Shown here in pieces: positions 45,187 through 54,599 of a stretch of DNA of 64,000 bases. Position 1 is the first letter of the stretch. Every line of letters begins with the position of its first letter. This DNA is from Acidobacteria bacterium RIFCSPLOWO2_02_FULL_61_28 (GTDB lineage: Bacteria; Acidobacteriota; Terriglobia; 2-12-FULL-54-10). The notes under the pieces are model-generated. The model was not told the origin of the DNA. It saw only the letters and a program-made list of their open reading frames with translations, and did not search any database. The position numbers and the translations under genes are program-made. The stretch covers positions 19,298-83,297 of the forward strand of contig MEKR01000164.1 in the NCBI GenBank assembly GCA_001767035.1, in the 5' to 3' direction.

Positions 45187-46626
45187 GTGCATTCTGGTCC
45201 TAAGCCATGTTCCGAATGGCGCAGCACCGGCTTCCAGCCGGCTCCGCAGGCCGCCACGAGGGCGGCGCTACAAGAACCCTCCAGGCGCAGCCGGGGAAGA
45301 AACCGAGCGGTCCGAGCGATCGGTGCGGCACTGTGCTGGCTCCTGGCAACGGGGCTTGTCCTGAGCGGAGCCGAAGGAGCGTGGGGACAAGTCGAATTCG
45401 AAAAGCAACTGCAAGACCCCGACCCGAGAGTGCGGGAGCGGGCGGCGCGGGCGCTCGGCGACCAAGGCAATCCCGCCTACGTGCCCGCCCTCGGCGCCAT
45501 CGTCCAGGATCGCGACGAGAAGGTGCGGATGACCGTGGTGCGAGCCTTGATCCGCCTGGGCTCGCCGGCGAGCTTGCCGCCGCTCGCACTCGCGGTGCGC
45601 GACGGGATTCCGGAGATTCGTTATCTGGCGCTTGACGGCATCATCAACTTCTATCTTCCGGGTTACGTCGAGACTGGTTTCGGCGGCTCTTTCCGTTCCG
45701 TCACGAGCCGGGTGGAGACCCTCTTTTCCGATGTGGACACGCTGGTCGTGGACCCCGATGTGAGAGTGGACGACGGGGTGACGCGGATTCTCCGCCAAGG
45801 CATAACCGGCGCTCCCGATATGAACACGCGGGCGCGGGCGGCCCGCGCCCTGGGAATCCTCCGGGTCAAGGCCGCGGTTCCCGATCTGCTCGAGGCGGCC
45901 TTCAGCAACCAGGTGGACTTGATCGCCGAAGTCCTGCGCGCCTTTCAGAAGATCCACGATCCGTCCGTCGGCCCGCGAATCACATTCCTGTTGAGTTACC
46001 CGCAGAAGAACATCCAGCAGGCCGCCGCCACGACGCTGGGTTTGTTGCGGACCGAGTCGGCAATCCCGGACCTGCGGCAAACGGTGGAGAACAACGACGA
46101 CATTGACGTGCGGGTCGCCGCTCTCGACGCCCTGGCTTTCATGCCGCAGAACCAGACCGCGCCGGTGTTCCTGAAATATCTTGCGGACAGGGAAAAGCGG
46201 ATGCGGGCGGCGGCGGCGCTGGGCCTGGGCCGGCTGAAAGACGCGCAGTATCTCGGGCAGCTCGAGCAGACGCGGCAGCGGGAGCGGGACGGCGGCGTGC
46301 GTCTGGCTCTGGCGTTTGCATTAACCGCGCAGGGCAGGCTGGAATATCTCGACGAGATCGTCTCGAGTCTCAGTTCGCGCGTGCGGCGAGGCGAGGCGCG
46401 GCCGTATTTGATCGAGCTGGCCCGCGAACGGCCGGTGCGCGAGGCGCTCTATCCCCAGCTTTATTCCCGGGACCCGGAAATCCGCCAGAACCTCTGCCTG
46501 GTGCTCGCCGCCTCCGGCGACACGGTCTCCATCAGCCAATTGGACAACCTCTTGCGGGACCGCGATGCGGCGGTGGCGCAGGAAGCCAGCCGCGCCATCC
46601 GCATTCTGCGCTCGCGGGGTATGTGA
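45187..46626 (+). CDS. HEAT/PBS-lyase-like repeat protein. Start uncertain (possible signal AIGAALCWLLATGLVLSGAEG).
   Basis: Repeated ...ERAARALGDQGNPAYVPALGAIVQDRDEKVRMTVVRALIRLGSPASLPPL... HEAT-like units throughout. Confidence 0.65.
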   Translation: MHSGPKPCSEWRSTGFQPAPQAATRAALQEPSRRSRGRNRAVRAIGAALCWLLATGLVLSGAEGAWGQVEFEKQLQDPDPRVRERAARALGDQGNPAYVPALGAIVQDRDEKVRMTVVRALIRLGSPASLPPLALAVRDGIPEIRYLALDGIINFYLPGYVETGFGGSFRSVTSRVETLFSDVDTLVVDPDVRVDDGVTRILRQGITGAPDMNTRARAARALGILRVKAAVPDLLEAAFSNQVDLIAEVLRAFQKIHDPSVGPRITFLLSYPQKNIQQAAATTLGLLRTESAIPDLRQTVENNDDIDVRVAALDALAFMPQNQTAPVFLKYLADREKRMRAAAALGLGRLKDAQYLGQLEQTRQRERDGGVRLALAFALTAQGRLEYLDEIVSSLSSRVRRGEARPYLIELARERPVREALYPQLYSRDPEIRQNLCLVLAASGDTVSISQLDNLLRDRDAAVAQEASRAIRILRSRGM

Positions 46627-46700
46627 ACGACCCCTCCGAGCCGCGCGCGTAAGAACGCGGGCTATGCCGGTTTCATCGTTGCTATATAGCAGATGGAAAG

Positions 46701-46848
46701 CCGTCAGGGCATGGCTTCAGCCATGCCGAAAAGACGGCCTCTCGGAGTGGGCTTTAGCCCCTGAGGGTTGTCCCTCAGCGGCTGAAGCCGCAAGGAAGAG
46801 GAATGGATTGGCTCGCTTGACGGCACGACTAAAGTCGTGCCCTGACGG
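46701..46848. repeat. MITE-like dispersed repeat, copy B. Same TIRs and internal hairpins as 15051-15199.
   Basis: ccgtcagggcatggcttcagccatgccgaa...ggagtgggctttagcccctgagggttgtccctcagcggctgaagccgcaaggaag...cggcacgactaaagtcgtgccctgacgg. Confidence 0.75.
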
Positions 46849-46887
46849 TTGCCCTTGCTGGTCTACACCATTCGGAAAAACGCTCTA

Positions 46888-46940
46888 ATCACTCTTCACT
46901 TGTCACTGATTTTTGACCGCTTGCTCACGCGCGTGGCTCG
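46888..46940. repeat. Heptamer array (cactctt cacttgt cactgat) plus the 28-mer dispersed repeat GACCGCTTGCTYACGCGCGYGGCTCGGA.
   Basis: The 28-mer recurs at 6408-6436 and 7130-7158. Confidence 0.5.
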
Positions 46941-46944
46941 GATT

Positions 46945-48300
46945 CTACTCGTCCGGGGAGATGACGACGAGGGTCTGGTCGTCGGCGGGCGGCTCGCCGG
47001 CGGAGAACTCGTGGACGTCGGCGAGGATGCGAGCCAGGATCGCATCGGGCGCGGAGCCGGGCCGCGCGGCTTGCACGCTTCGCACCAGTCCTTCCACGCC
47101 GAACATGTCGTCGGCGGCGTTGGAAGCCTCGACGACGCCATCGGTGTAAAGCACCAGCGTGTCGCCGGGGAAGAGATCAACGTGGGCGCGGTTGAACTTG
47201 ACGTGCGGCAACAAGCCCACCACCGTGCCCCCTTCCTCGAGCAATTCCACCCTGCCATCGGCGCGCACCAGCGCCGGCGGGTTGTGTCCCGCGTTGATGT
47301 AGTGCACCTTGTTGCTCTCGCTGTCGAACAGCGCCAGGAACAAGGTGACGTAGATACTCCCGCCCGTGAAGTCGCGCACCACCTCGTTCATCTGTTCCAG
47401 CAGCCGCTCGAAGGAATGCACACCCACCAGCAGCGCCCGCAGCGTGGCCTGGAGCGTGGACATCACCAGGGCCGAGGAGATGCCTTTTCCGGAGACGTCC
47501 GCGATCACCGTCCAGAGCGTGGAATTCGAGATGGGCAAGAAATCGTAGAAATCGCCGCCCACCTCATAGCAGGTGTCGGCCTTGGCCGCCAGGCGGTAGC
47601 GGTGCCAGCGTTGCGGCGGCGGACGCAGCAGGTTCTGCTGGATTTGCCGCCCGAGTTCGAGCTCGGTTCGAATGCGCTCCCGGTCTACGACCTCGGCGTG
47701 GAGCTTGGCGTTCTCGAGCGCAATCGCGAAATGCACCGTCAGGGCCTGGAGGAAGACTTCGTCCACCAACTCGAAGGTTCCTTCCAGCTTGTTCAGAAGT
47801 TGGATGACGCCGATGATCTCGCTCGTCTTGTTGCGGATCGGCGTGCAGAGCATGCTGCGGGTGCGGTAACCGGACTTGGTGTCGAATTTCTGCGCGAAGC
47901 GGGCGTCCTGATAGGCGTCCACAATCCGGATGGTCTCGCCCGTCTCCGCCACCTTGCCGGAGATGCCCTCGCCCACTTTCACGCGGAGAATGCGGCTTTC
48001 CATTCCTTGGGCGATCTTGGCGCGGATTTCCCCGGCTTTCTTGTCGAGCAGGTACACCGTGCCCCGATCCGCGCCGAGCTCGCGGGTCGCAACCTCGAGA
48101 ATCAATCCGAGCAGCCGGTCCAAGTCCAGGGTCGAGTTCAGAATCTTGCTGGCTTCCACCAGGGCCGTCAGATGGGCCATTTGCAGCGGGGCAGTCTCGA
48201 GTTCCGCTGACGGTTGCAGACCGGTTTGTGCGGCAGACGGTGTCATGGCTCCTACCTGGGAGATGAGAGGGAGGTTAGAGGATTTGCCGCGCAGAGTCAA
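46945..48300 (-). CDS. GAF-sensor PP2C-type Ser/Thr phosphatase (RsbU/SpoIIE family). The start may be an internal Met near 48246.
   Basis: GAF domain (...RGTVYLLDKKAGEIRAKIA...GISGKVAETGETIRIVDAYQDARF...). PP2C/SpoIIE (...GGDFYDF...WTVIADVSGKGISSALVMSTLQ...GDTLVLYTDGVVEA). Confidence 0.8.
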   Translation of the reverse strand: MTLRGKSSNLPLISQVGAMTPSAAQTGLQPSAELETAPLQMAHLTALVEASKILNSTLDLDRLLGLILEVATRELGADRGTVYLLDKKAGEIRAKIAQGMESRILRVKVGEGISGKVAETGETIRIVDAYQDARFAQKFDTKSGYRTRSMLCTPIRNKTSEIIGVIQLLNKLEGTFELVDEVFLQALTVHFAIALENAKLHAEVVDRERIRTELELGRQIQQNLLRPPPQRWHRYRLAAKADTCYEVGGDFYDFLPISNSTLWTVIADVSGKGISSALVMSTLQATLRALLVGVHSFERLLEQMNEVVRDFTGGSIYVTLFLALFDSESNKVHYINAGHNPPALVRADGRVELLEEGGTVVGLLPHVKFNRAHVDLFPGDTLVLYTDGVVEASNAADDMFGVEGLVRSVQAARPGSAPDAILARILADVHEFSAGEPPADDQTLVVISPDE

Positions 48301-48499
48301 CGAGAAAGTGCGGCAACCGGATTATCTTAGCGACAAACTTACGACGTGTACGCCAGGACTGATTCCGCCCAAAACCGAGGTGTTTTCGCCGCGGCCCCGA
48401 CTCACCTCAGTCTCAATTTACACGCGCTTTCCGTTTCCGGCCGGTAATTCGAGGTGACCGATTCCGCGTTCTGCTCTGGTCTTCGCCCGCGTTGTCACG

Positions 48500-50023
48500 T
48501 CACTGACCTGCGGGTCCTGTCGCCGCCCCTGAGCCTTGTGCTACGGGCACGTTTAATGGGGTGGCGCCCAATTTGAGAAGCAGTTCCGCCGTACTCTTGT
48601 GGGTGACCCACGGTTCCCCGAGTGGCCGCCGCCCTCCCGGTGGTCCGCTGATATTAGGCTCGGCGATACGCAACGGCGTCTGTCCGAATTTATCCTTCAC
48701 GTCCAAATGGGCGCCCTTGTCCGCCAGGATTTGTACGATCGCGTCCGCTCCCGTGTAGGCTGCGGCGTGCAGCGCAGTCCAGCCGTTCTCGCCGACCACA
48801 TTGATGTCGGCACCCAGTTCTACCGCCAGTGTGACGGCTTCCAGCGCGCTCCTCTCCTCCTCCCCCTCCTTGCGGTCCTGGAACCGGCCCAATCCCGCCG
48901 CCACCATCAGCGGGGTTACATTTTTCTCCGTCGCCAGCAGGGGGTCGGCGCCGCCGGCCGCCAGGGCTCGCATGATGCTGAGATCGCCGGCTGCCGCTGC
49001 CAGCAAGAACGGCGTCGCGCCGACCAGGCTGATTCTGGACCCGGGAATTCGACAACAGAGGGGCAACGGCGGCGGCTCCTTCACGATCCGACCATTCGGA
49101 TTCGCCTTGTGTGCCAGGAGCGCCTTCACCAACTCCAGTGCGTTGGGCCGTTCCCAGTAGGGCGCAGGCAAGAAATCGGCGCCGCGGTTGGCGGAGATTT
49201 CTCTTTGCGTCTTGCCGCTGAGGGCTAGCAATCCTTTGGACACCGCAGAGTGCAACACGGTAATCCCGCTCGGGTCCGTTGCGTTGGGGTCCGCGCCCTT
49301 TTCCACTAGAAATATAGCGAGGGGCTCGTAGCCGCTCACGCTCGCCACCATCAAGGCGCTGCCGTCCGGCGTGGCGTCATTCACGTTCGCTCCCGCCGCC
49401 ACCAGGATTCGGGCAGAGTCCAGATCGCCCTGCTGGGCAGCAAACAGCAAGGGAGTAAAACCGCCGTTGGAACGGGCATTCACATCCGCTCCGTGCTCGA
49501 CGAGCGCCCGCACGGCCTCCGGGTGTTCTTGCCCCACCGCCCACATCAGAGCCGTCTGCCCCCGCCGGGTTTCCTTCGCGTTCGCGTCCGCTCCGTGGAC
49601 CAGCAATGCCTTCACCGCGCCCGCGTTTCCTGTGCGCGCGCACGTCATGAGCACGGTCTCGCCTTTCCATTTGGCGGCTTTCGGATCCGCCCCAGCCTTC
49701 AACAGCCTCTCGACCATGGCGGCGCTTCCGTTGGTGCAGGCCAGCGAGAGAGGCGTAACGCCGGAGTCGTTGGCCGCGTTGGCGTTGGCGCCGGCGCCGA
49801 TCAGCAGGTCCGCCGTTTCCAGATCATCCCGGTAGGCGGCCCAAGCCAGCGCCGTCGTACCATCCGCCTGGCGGGTATTCACGTCGGCACGCTGCTGGAG
49901 CAGGGAACGGACGGCTTCCTGGTCTCCTTGCTTGGCCGCCTCCACCAGCCCCAGGTCAGCGGCGGCGGCAAGGCTGGCGACTGACAGCAGACAGATCGTC
50001 CACCAGACATACCGCGCTTTCAT
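48500..50023 (-). CDS. Secreted ankyrin-repeat protein (about 12 ANK repeats). Paralog of 62589..end.
   Basis: Signal MKARYVWWTICLLSVASLAAA. Repeated ...G-TALM-AA--GH---V--LL--GADVNA-- units. Confidence 0.8.
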   Translation of the reverse strand: MKARYVWWTICLLSVASLAAAADLGLVEAAKQGDQEAVRSLLQQRADVNTRQADGTTALAWAAYRDDLETADLLIGAGANANAANDSGVTPLSLACTNGSAAMVERLLKAGADPKAAKWKGETVLMTCARTGNAGAVKALLVHGADANAKETRRGQTALMWAVGQEHPEAVRALVEHGADVNARSNGGFTPLLFAAQQGDLDSARILVAAGANVNDATPDGSALMVASVSGYEPLAIFLVEKGADPNATDPSGITVLHSAVSKGLLALSGKTQREISANRGADFLPAPYWERPNALELVKALLAHKANPNGRIVKEPPPLPLCCRIPGSRISLVGATPFLLAAAAGDLSIMRALAAGGADPLLATEKNVTPLMVAAGLGRFQDRKEGEEERSALEAVTLAVELGADINVVGENGWTALHAAAYTGADAIVQILADKGAHLDVKDKFGQTPLRIAEPNISGPPGGRRPLGEPWVTHKSTAELLLKLGATPLNVPVAQGSGAATGPAGQ

Positions 50024-50107
50024 TTCGATACCCATCCGCAGGGTTTCCTTTCCTTCCACTCCCGACGAAAACATCTCCGTAGTTCAACTGACGGAGCACT
50101 ACGGCAA

Positions 50108-51460
50108 CTATGCGACGGAAGGTAATTCGAGTTTTCCGGTGCTGTCGCCGAAGTTCTCCACGGGGACCCCGATCTTGTCCAGCACGGTCAAAAACAGATT
50201 CGCAATCGGCGTGCCCGGATAGCGGAGGTGACGGCCACCCTGGATCTGGCCCGCTTTCCCGCCCACCAGGAGGATGGGCAGGTTGTCCGGCTGATGCTTG
50301 TTGCCGTCGCTCAGGCTGCCGCCGCAGACGATTATGGTATGGTCGAGCAACGAGCCGTCGCCGTCCGGCGTAGCTCGCAGTCTCTCCAGGAAATACGCGA
50401 ACATCTTGGCATGATAGATGTTGATCTGGAGCACCTTCGCGATCTTCTCCTTATCGCCGGAGTGGTGAGTCAGCGGGTGGTGCGGATCGGCAATGCCGAT
50501 CTCGTTGTAGGTCCGGCCGCTGGTTTCGCGGCTCAGCATGAAGGTGATGACGCGGGTCAGGTCGGTCTGGTAGGCCAGCACTTGCAAATCAACCATGAGC
50601 TTGGCATGTTCCCAAAACGTGCCCGGGACGCCCACGGGCCGCTCGAGCGTCGGCAGTTCCCGCGAGGTTTGTTCCTCCGCCATCTGGATGCGCCGCTCGA
50701 CGTCGCGAATGGCATCCACGTACTCGGTGAGCTTCGCGCGGTCGCTCGGACCAAGTCCATGCATCAGGCGAGCCACACCTTCGGTCACCGAGTCGAGGAT
50801 GCTGCGGTTCTCCTGGAAGCGGGCGCGGCGCTCTGCCGGATCGGTGCTGTCAATGTCGCCGAACAGGCGCTCGAATACCAAGCGCGGCTGGTTTTCGACC
50901 GGCATCGGCGTCGTGGGACCGCGCCAGGAGAGCGTATTCAGGTAGGCGCAACTCCAGCCGGTTTCGCAGCCCCCGATCAGCTCGTTGGTGTCCAGGCCGA
51001 GTTCGAGCGACGCCAGTTGGGTGTGCTTGCCGAGAGCCTTCGCGGCGATCTGGTCCACCGAAACTCCCGCGCGGAAGTCGACGCCTTCCGTCTTCTTTGG
51101 GTGGACGCCCGTCAGGAACGCGGAAGAGGAGCGGGTGTGCGGTCCCGAGGATTCGTCCGGCAGCGCCAGAGCGGGTTTACTGGCGAACCCGCTCAGCACG
51201 AGAAGGCGATCCCGAAACGGGGCCAGCGGCTCCAGAATCGGAGTCAACTCGAACGCGGAGCCCTCCGTCGCCGGCGTCCATTTGTCCATGATGACGCCGT
51301 TCGCCAGGTAGACAACGGAGAAGCGGGTCGCCTGTAAGGCAGCCGTTTCCGCCGCCGCTGCGAATGCCGGGACCATTCCGTCCAGCAGCGGCAAAGCCAA
51401 GGTCGCACCCATTCCCCGCAAAAACGTCCGGCGCGGGATAGCACTCTTGAAATTCATCAT
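50108..51460 (-). CDS. DUF1501-family protein (sulfatase / alkaline-phosphatase-like fold) with a twin-arginine (Tat) signal.
   Basis: MMNFKSAIPRRTFLRGMGATLALPLLDGMVPAFAAAAE gives the Tat motif RRTFLRG. Body collinear with the paralog at 61124-62461. Confidence 0.8.
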   Translation of the reverse strand: MMNFKSAIPRRTFLRGMGATLALPLLDGMVPAFAAAAETAALQATRFSVVYLANGVIMDKWTPATEGSAFELTPILEPLAPFRDRLLVLSGFASKPALALPDESSGPHTRSSSAFLTGVHPKKTEGVDFRAGVSVDQIAAKALGKHTQLASLELGLDTNELIGGCETGWSCAYLNTLSWRGPTTPMPVENQPRLVFERLFGDIDSTDPAERRARFQENRSILDSVTEGVARLMHGLGPSDRAKLTEYVDAIRDVERRIQMAEEQTSRELPTLERPVGVPGTFWEHAKLMVDLQVLAYQTDLTRVITFMLSRETSGRTYNEIGIADPHHPLTHHSGDKEKIAKVLQINIYHAKMFAYFLERLRATPDGDGSLLDHTIIVCGGSLSDGNKHQPDNLPILLVGGKAGQIQGGRHLRYPGTPIANLFLTVLDKIGVPVENFGDSTGKLELPSVA

Positions 51461-51570
51461 GGCTTCCGATCCTTCCTCGTGCAAAACGGGCCTCGTGCGA
51501 AAACGGGCCTCGTGCGAAAACGGTCTGGCCTGAATCATGCCCCCGGTCAGTCCTCCGGTCAGCCCCTCCG

Positions 51571-54036
51571 TCAGCGAATTCCCGCGGCAGCCGTTTGCTC
51601 TGCCGGTTGTTCTGCTGATTTCCGCATCTGAAACGGCGCGCTCTTCACGATACCCAGAATGAGCGCCGACCAGCGATAGTCGCTCCGAGCGGCCTCCCGC
51701 GTGATCCTGCGGACCGCGGGAGCATCGTAATACTCGACTCCCCGGCCCAGGGCGTACGTAAGCAGTTTTTCGGTGATGGTCATTGCAAATTCTTCGGAAT
51801 GGCTCAGCAATATCTTGCGAAGCTCAGCCGCGCCCTGAAACTTGGCGCCGTCAGGGAGCGCCGCTGACACATCAATGGGGGTGTTGGCGTCGCCGCTGGT
51901 GGTCCGCCACTTACCGATCGCGTCAAAGTTTTCGAGCGCGAAGCCCAGCGGGTCCATCCGGTTATGGCAAACCCCGCAGGCGGGATTCGTGCGGTGCTGC
52001 TCCAGCCGCTGGCGCATGGTGAGGCGCTGGACGTCCTTGTTCTCCTGCAAGGAGGGAACATCGGGCGGTGGCGGCGGGAGCGGCGCGCCCAGAATGGTTT
52101 CCAGCACCCACTTGCCGCGCAGAGTCGGGGAGGTCCTGTTGGGATACGAGGTCACCGTCAGGATGCTGCCCTGGCCCACCAAGCCCATCCGCGTCTCATT
52201 GGGCAGCGTCACCCGCCGAAAGCGGCTGCCGTAAACATTCGGAATCCCGTAGTGGCGGGCGAGACGTTCGTTGACGAACGTATAATTTGCCCTCAACAAG
52301 TCCAGCACGCTGCGATCTTCCCGCAAGATGCTCTCAAAGAAAAGCTCCGTCTCCCGGCGGAAAGCCTCCCGCAGGTTCTCGTCGAAATCCGGAAACTCCT
52401 CCCCATCCGGCGCCACCAGGCGCATATTGCGCAGGTACAGCCACTGGCCGGCGAAATTGTCCACCAGCGCCTTGGAGCGCGCATCGGCGAGCATCCGCCG
52501 CACCTGCTGTTCCAGTACGGCAGGGTCTTTGAGCTTGCCCCGTTCGGCCAAGTCCAGGAGGGCGTCGTCGGGGATGCTGCTCCAGAGGAAGAACGACAAA
52601 CGGGAGGCCAGTTCGAGGTCGCTGATCCGGTGGGCGGCGCCGGGCGCCAGATTGGCCGGATCGCGTTCGATGCGGAACAGGAATTCCGGATCAACCAGGA
52701 TTCGTTGCAGCGCCATTTCAATTCCTGTTTCGAAGCCCCCCTTGCTCCGCCCGGCCTTGTAGAAGCTGAGCAGAATCTGGACGTCTCCATCCGTGACAGG
52801 CCGGCGATAGGCGCGACGCGCCAGCGTGGAGAGAATTTTCTTGGCGCAGGTGTCTTCCGCAGTGCTGCGGGCGCTGTCCCTGCCGCCGCTTGGGCGGCAC
52901 ACAAAAATCTTGCCGCGGCTCGACGTTTCCCCCGGCCCCCCGGCGTCGTAAGGCCCGCCGACAGCAACACTGGCCACGCCCGGGTCACCCGCCTTAAAGT
53001 TACTGAAGTCAGGGACCGGCAGTGGTCCGAGCACGCCTTCCGGCTGGAAGGCTTCCTTCAGGAAAGCGACCTGAACGAGCCGCGTCCCCGCCTTCGCCGG
53101 GAAGCGGACTTCTAACGCCGCGTCCGCCGTGAGCTGGTAAATCTGTTGTTCGGGGTCCGGCAGGCCGCCGTCAGAATAAAGGTTTGCCCACGTCTTGCCC
53201 TTGCGCTCACCGCCGACCGTGAACAGCTTGATTCGGGAGCCATCCAGCCGGACGTCGAGCTGGTGCGGCTCGGCGAGGCCGCGAATATCGTTGTTCCCGT
53301 TTCTTACCAGACTGACCTTGATGACATACTCGCCGTCGAGCGGGAAGTGATGGCGAATCGCCATTCCGCCGCGCGATCCGAACGGGAGATTCTCGCTCAT
53401 GTGGTCGTCCTGGATAATGAGAGGCTGGACATCATACTTCACGGTGATCGGACGGGCCGTGCGATCTCCAATGCTGAGGCGGCTGATCTTCCCTGCCGCT
53501 GCCATGTATCGTTCCAGCAGCGTCGGCGATACCGAGAGGACGTCCCCAATGTTGTCGAAACCGTAGCCCGAATCGTCGGCGGGAAGAAGCGCGGTGGCGT
53601 CAATATCCAGTGCCAGCAAGTCGCGGATCGCGTTGCTGTATTCGGCGCGGTTGAGGCGGTGGACCCCGGCTGGCCTGCCGGGATTCGGCTTCGCTGCCGC
53701 CGCGCGGTCGAGCGCCGTCTCCAGGTAGGTGGCGAAGGAGTCATATCCGGTCTTATCCGGCCGCGGAACGCCCGCCGGCGGCATCGCTTCGGTCCGCAGT
53801 TTCCGGACGACCTTTTCCCATGCCTCCGCCCCGGTGCTGACCTGTTCGACATCCATCTTGTCGAGCAGCAGTCCTGCCGTCTTCAGTCTCTCGTTGTGGC
53901 AGGTAACGCAGTAGCGATTCAGCAGCGCGCGCTGTTGCGAGGCGGGCGACGGGTTCACTGGCTCTTGCTTCGCTGCCGGAAGCCAACCGCCACTGGCCAG
54001 CCCGACTCCCAGCAAAGCCACGATCGTTCGCAACAT
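51571..54036 (-). CDS. PSD1-type protein (DUF1549/PSCyt2 N-terminal cytochrome-c-like domain plus DUF1553 C-terminal domain) with two CxxCH haem motifs.
   Basis: CVTCHNERLK near the N-terminus and CGVCHNRMDPLGFALENFD near the C-terminus. Signal peptide MLRTIVALLGVGLASGGW. Start chosen at the ATG conserved with the paralog (RBS GGAGGG - 9 nt - ATG). Confidence 0.8.
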   Translation of the reverse strand: MLRTIVALLGVGLASGGWLPAAKQEPVNPSPASQQRALLNRYCVTCHNERLKTAGLLLDKMDVEQVSTGAEAWEKVVRKLRTEAMPPAGVPRPDKTGYDSFATYLETALDRAAAAKPNPGRPAGVHRLNRAEYSNAIRDLLALDIDATALLPADDSGYGFDNIGDVLSVSPTLLERYMAAAGKISRLSIGDRTARPITVKYDVQPLIIQDDHMSENLPFGSRGGMAIRHHFPLDGEYVIKVSLVRNGNNDIRGLAEPHQLDVRLDGSRIKLFTVGGERKGKTWANLYSDGGLPDPEQQIYQLTADAALEVRFPAKAGTRLVQVAFLKEAFQPEGVLGPLPVPDFSNFKAGDPGVASVAVGGPYDAGGPGETSSRGKIFVCRPSGGRDSARSTAEDTCAKKILSTLARRAYRRPVTDGDVQILLSFYKAGRSKGGFETGIEMALQRILVDPEFLFRIERDPANLAPGAAHRISDLELASRLSFFLWSSIPDDALLDLAERGKLKDPAVLEQQVRRMLADARSKALVDNFAGQWLYLRNMRLVAPDGEEFPDFDENLREAFRRETELFFESILREDRSVLDLLRANYTFVNERLARHYGIPNVYGSRFRRVTLPNETRMGLVGQGSILTVTSYPNRTSPTLRGKWVLETILGAPLPPPPPDVPSLQENKDVQRLTMRQRLEQHRTNPACGVCHNRMDPLGFALENFDAIGKWRTTSGDANTPIDVSAALPDGAKFQGAAELRKILLSHSEEFAMTITEKLLTYALGRGVEYYDAPAVRRITREAARSDYRWSALILGIVKSAPFQMRKSAEQPAEQTAAAGIR

Positions 54037-54095
54037 TAGAGTATTCCCTCCCATTGCTGCCGAGCGGAGAAACCAGTGGACTGACAGTTGACTAC

Positions 54096-54154
54096 AGTAC
54101 CCGCCCTAGTTTGGTACTGGTAACCTTATAGAACAGCATGGTCGAGCAAGTCAA
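54096..54154 (-). promoter_or_regulatory. Promoter (-35 TTGACT, 18-nt spacer, -10 TATAAG) plus palindromic operator AGTACC-N11-GGTACT for the left PSD1-DUF1501-ankyrin operon.
   Basis: Mirror image of 58461-58519. Operator at 54096-54118. Confidence 0.55.
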
Positions 54155-54599
54155 GCAGAATCCTGGAAATTGCTCGGCCTCGACTTATCCTAGCCGCGGA
54201 GAACTCCGCAGCCCTCCCACCCGAAACGACATATTGATGTCGTTTCGGCTCCCGAACACACGCAGCCGCGCCAGAGGGATACCATCTTATTCCGTGTCCC
54301 ATTCCGCGACCGGATTTCGCTTGACCTGTCGTCGTCTCGTATGGTATCAGAGAAGCATCTATAGGGCGAGGTTAGTTTTGGAACGCGTTTGAGAGCGACT
54401 CATAACCTCGCTGGCGTTGAATAGGCGGAACCCATGCAAGAGCGAAGAGGCAATTAGTGGGTCCAATCTGTCTTTACTGGGTTCGCTGATTGTGACGGGC
54501 AGTCAGGTTGCCTCGGCGCAAGTGTTGGCTGATATCGGGGAGGATTGAGGACCCCTCGGGAGAAAGAAACGTTCAAACGTGCCGATTAAGGAGAACGCA

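Noticed and set aside
43040-48210. ORFs 43040..44743 (-), 45268..46080 (-), 46849..48210 (+)
   Set aside because: Antisense to the BNR, HEAT and GAF-PP2C genes. Compositionally biased translations.
50228-53115. Plus-strand ORFs 50228..51337, 51964..53115, 53146..54039 and minus-strand 60070..61017, 58657..59268, 61100..61966, 62639..63409
   Set aside because: Mirror-image shadow ORFs of the duplicated PSD1/DUF1501/ankyrin genes. They appear in both arms precisely because the arms are duplicated.
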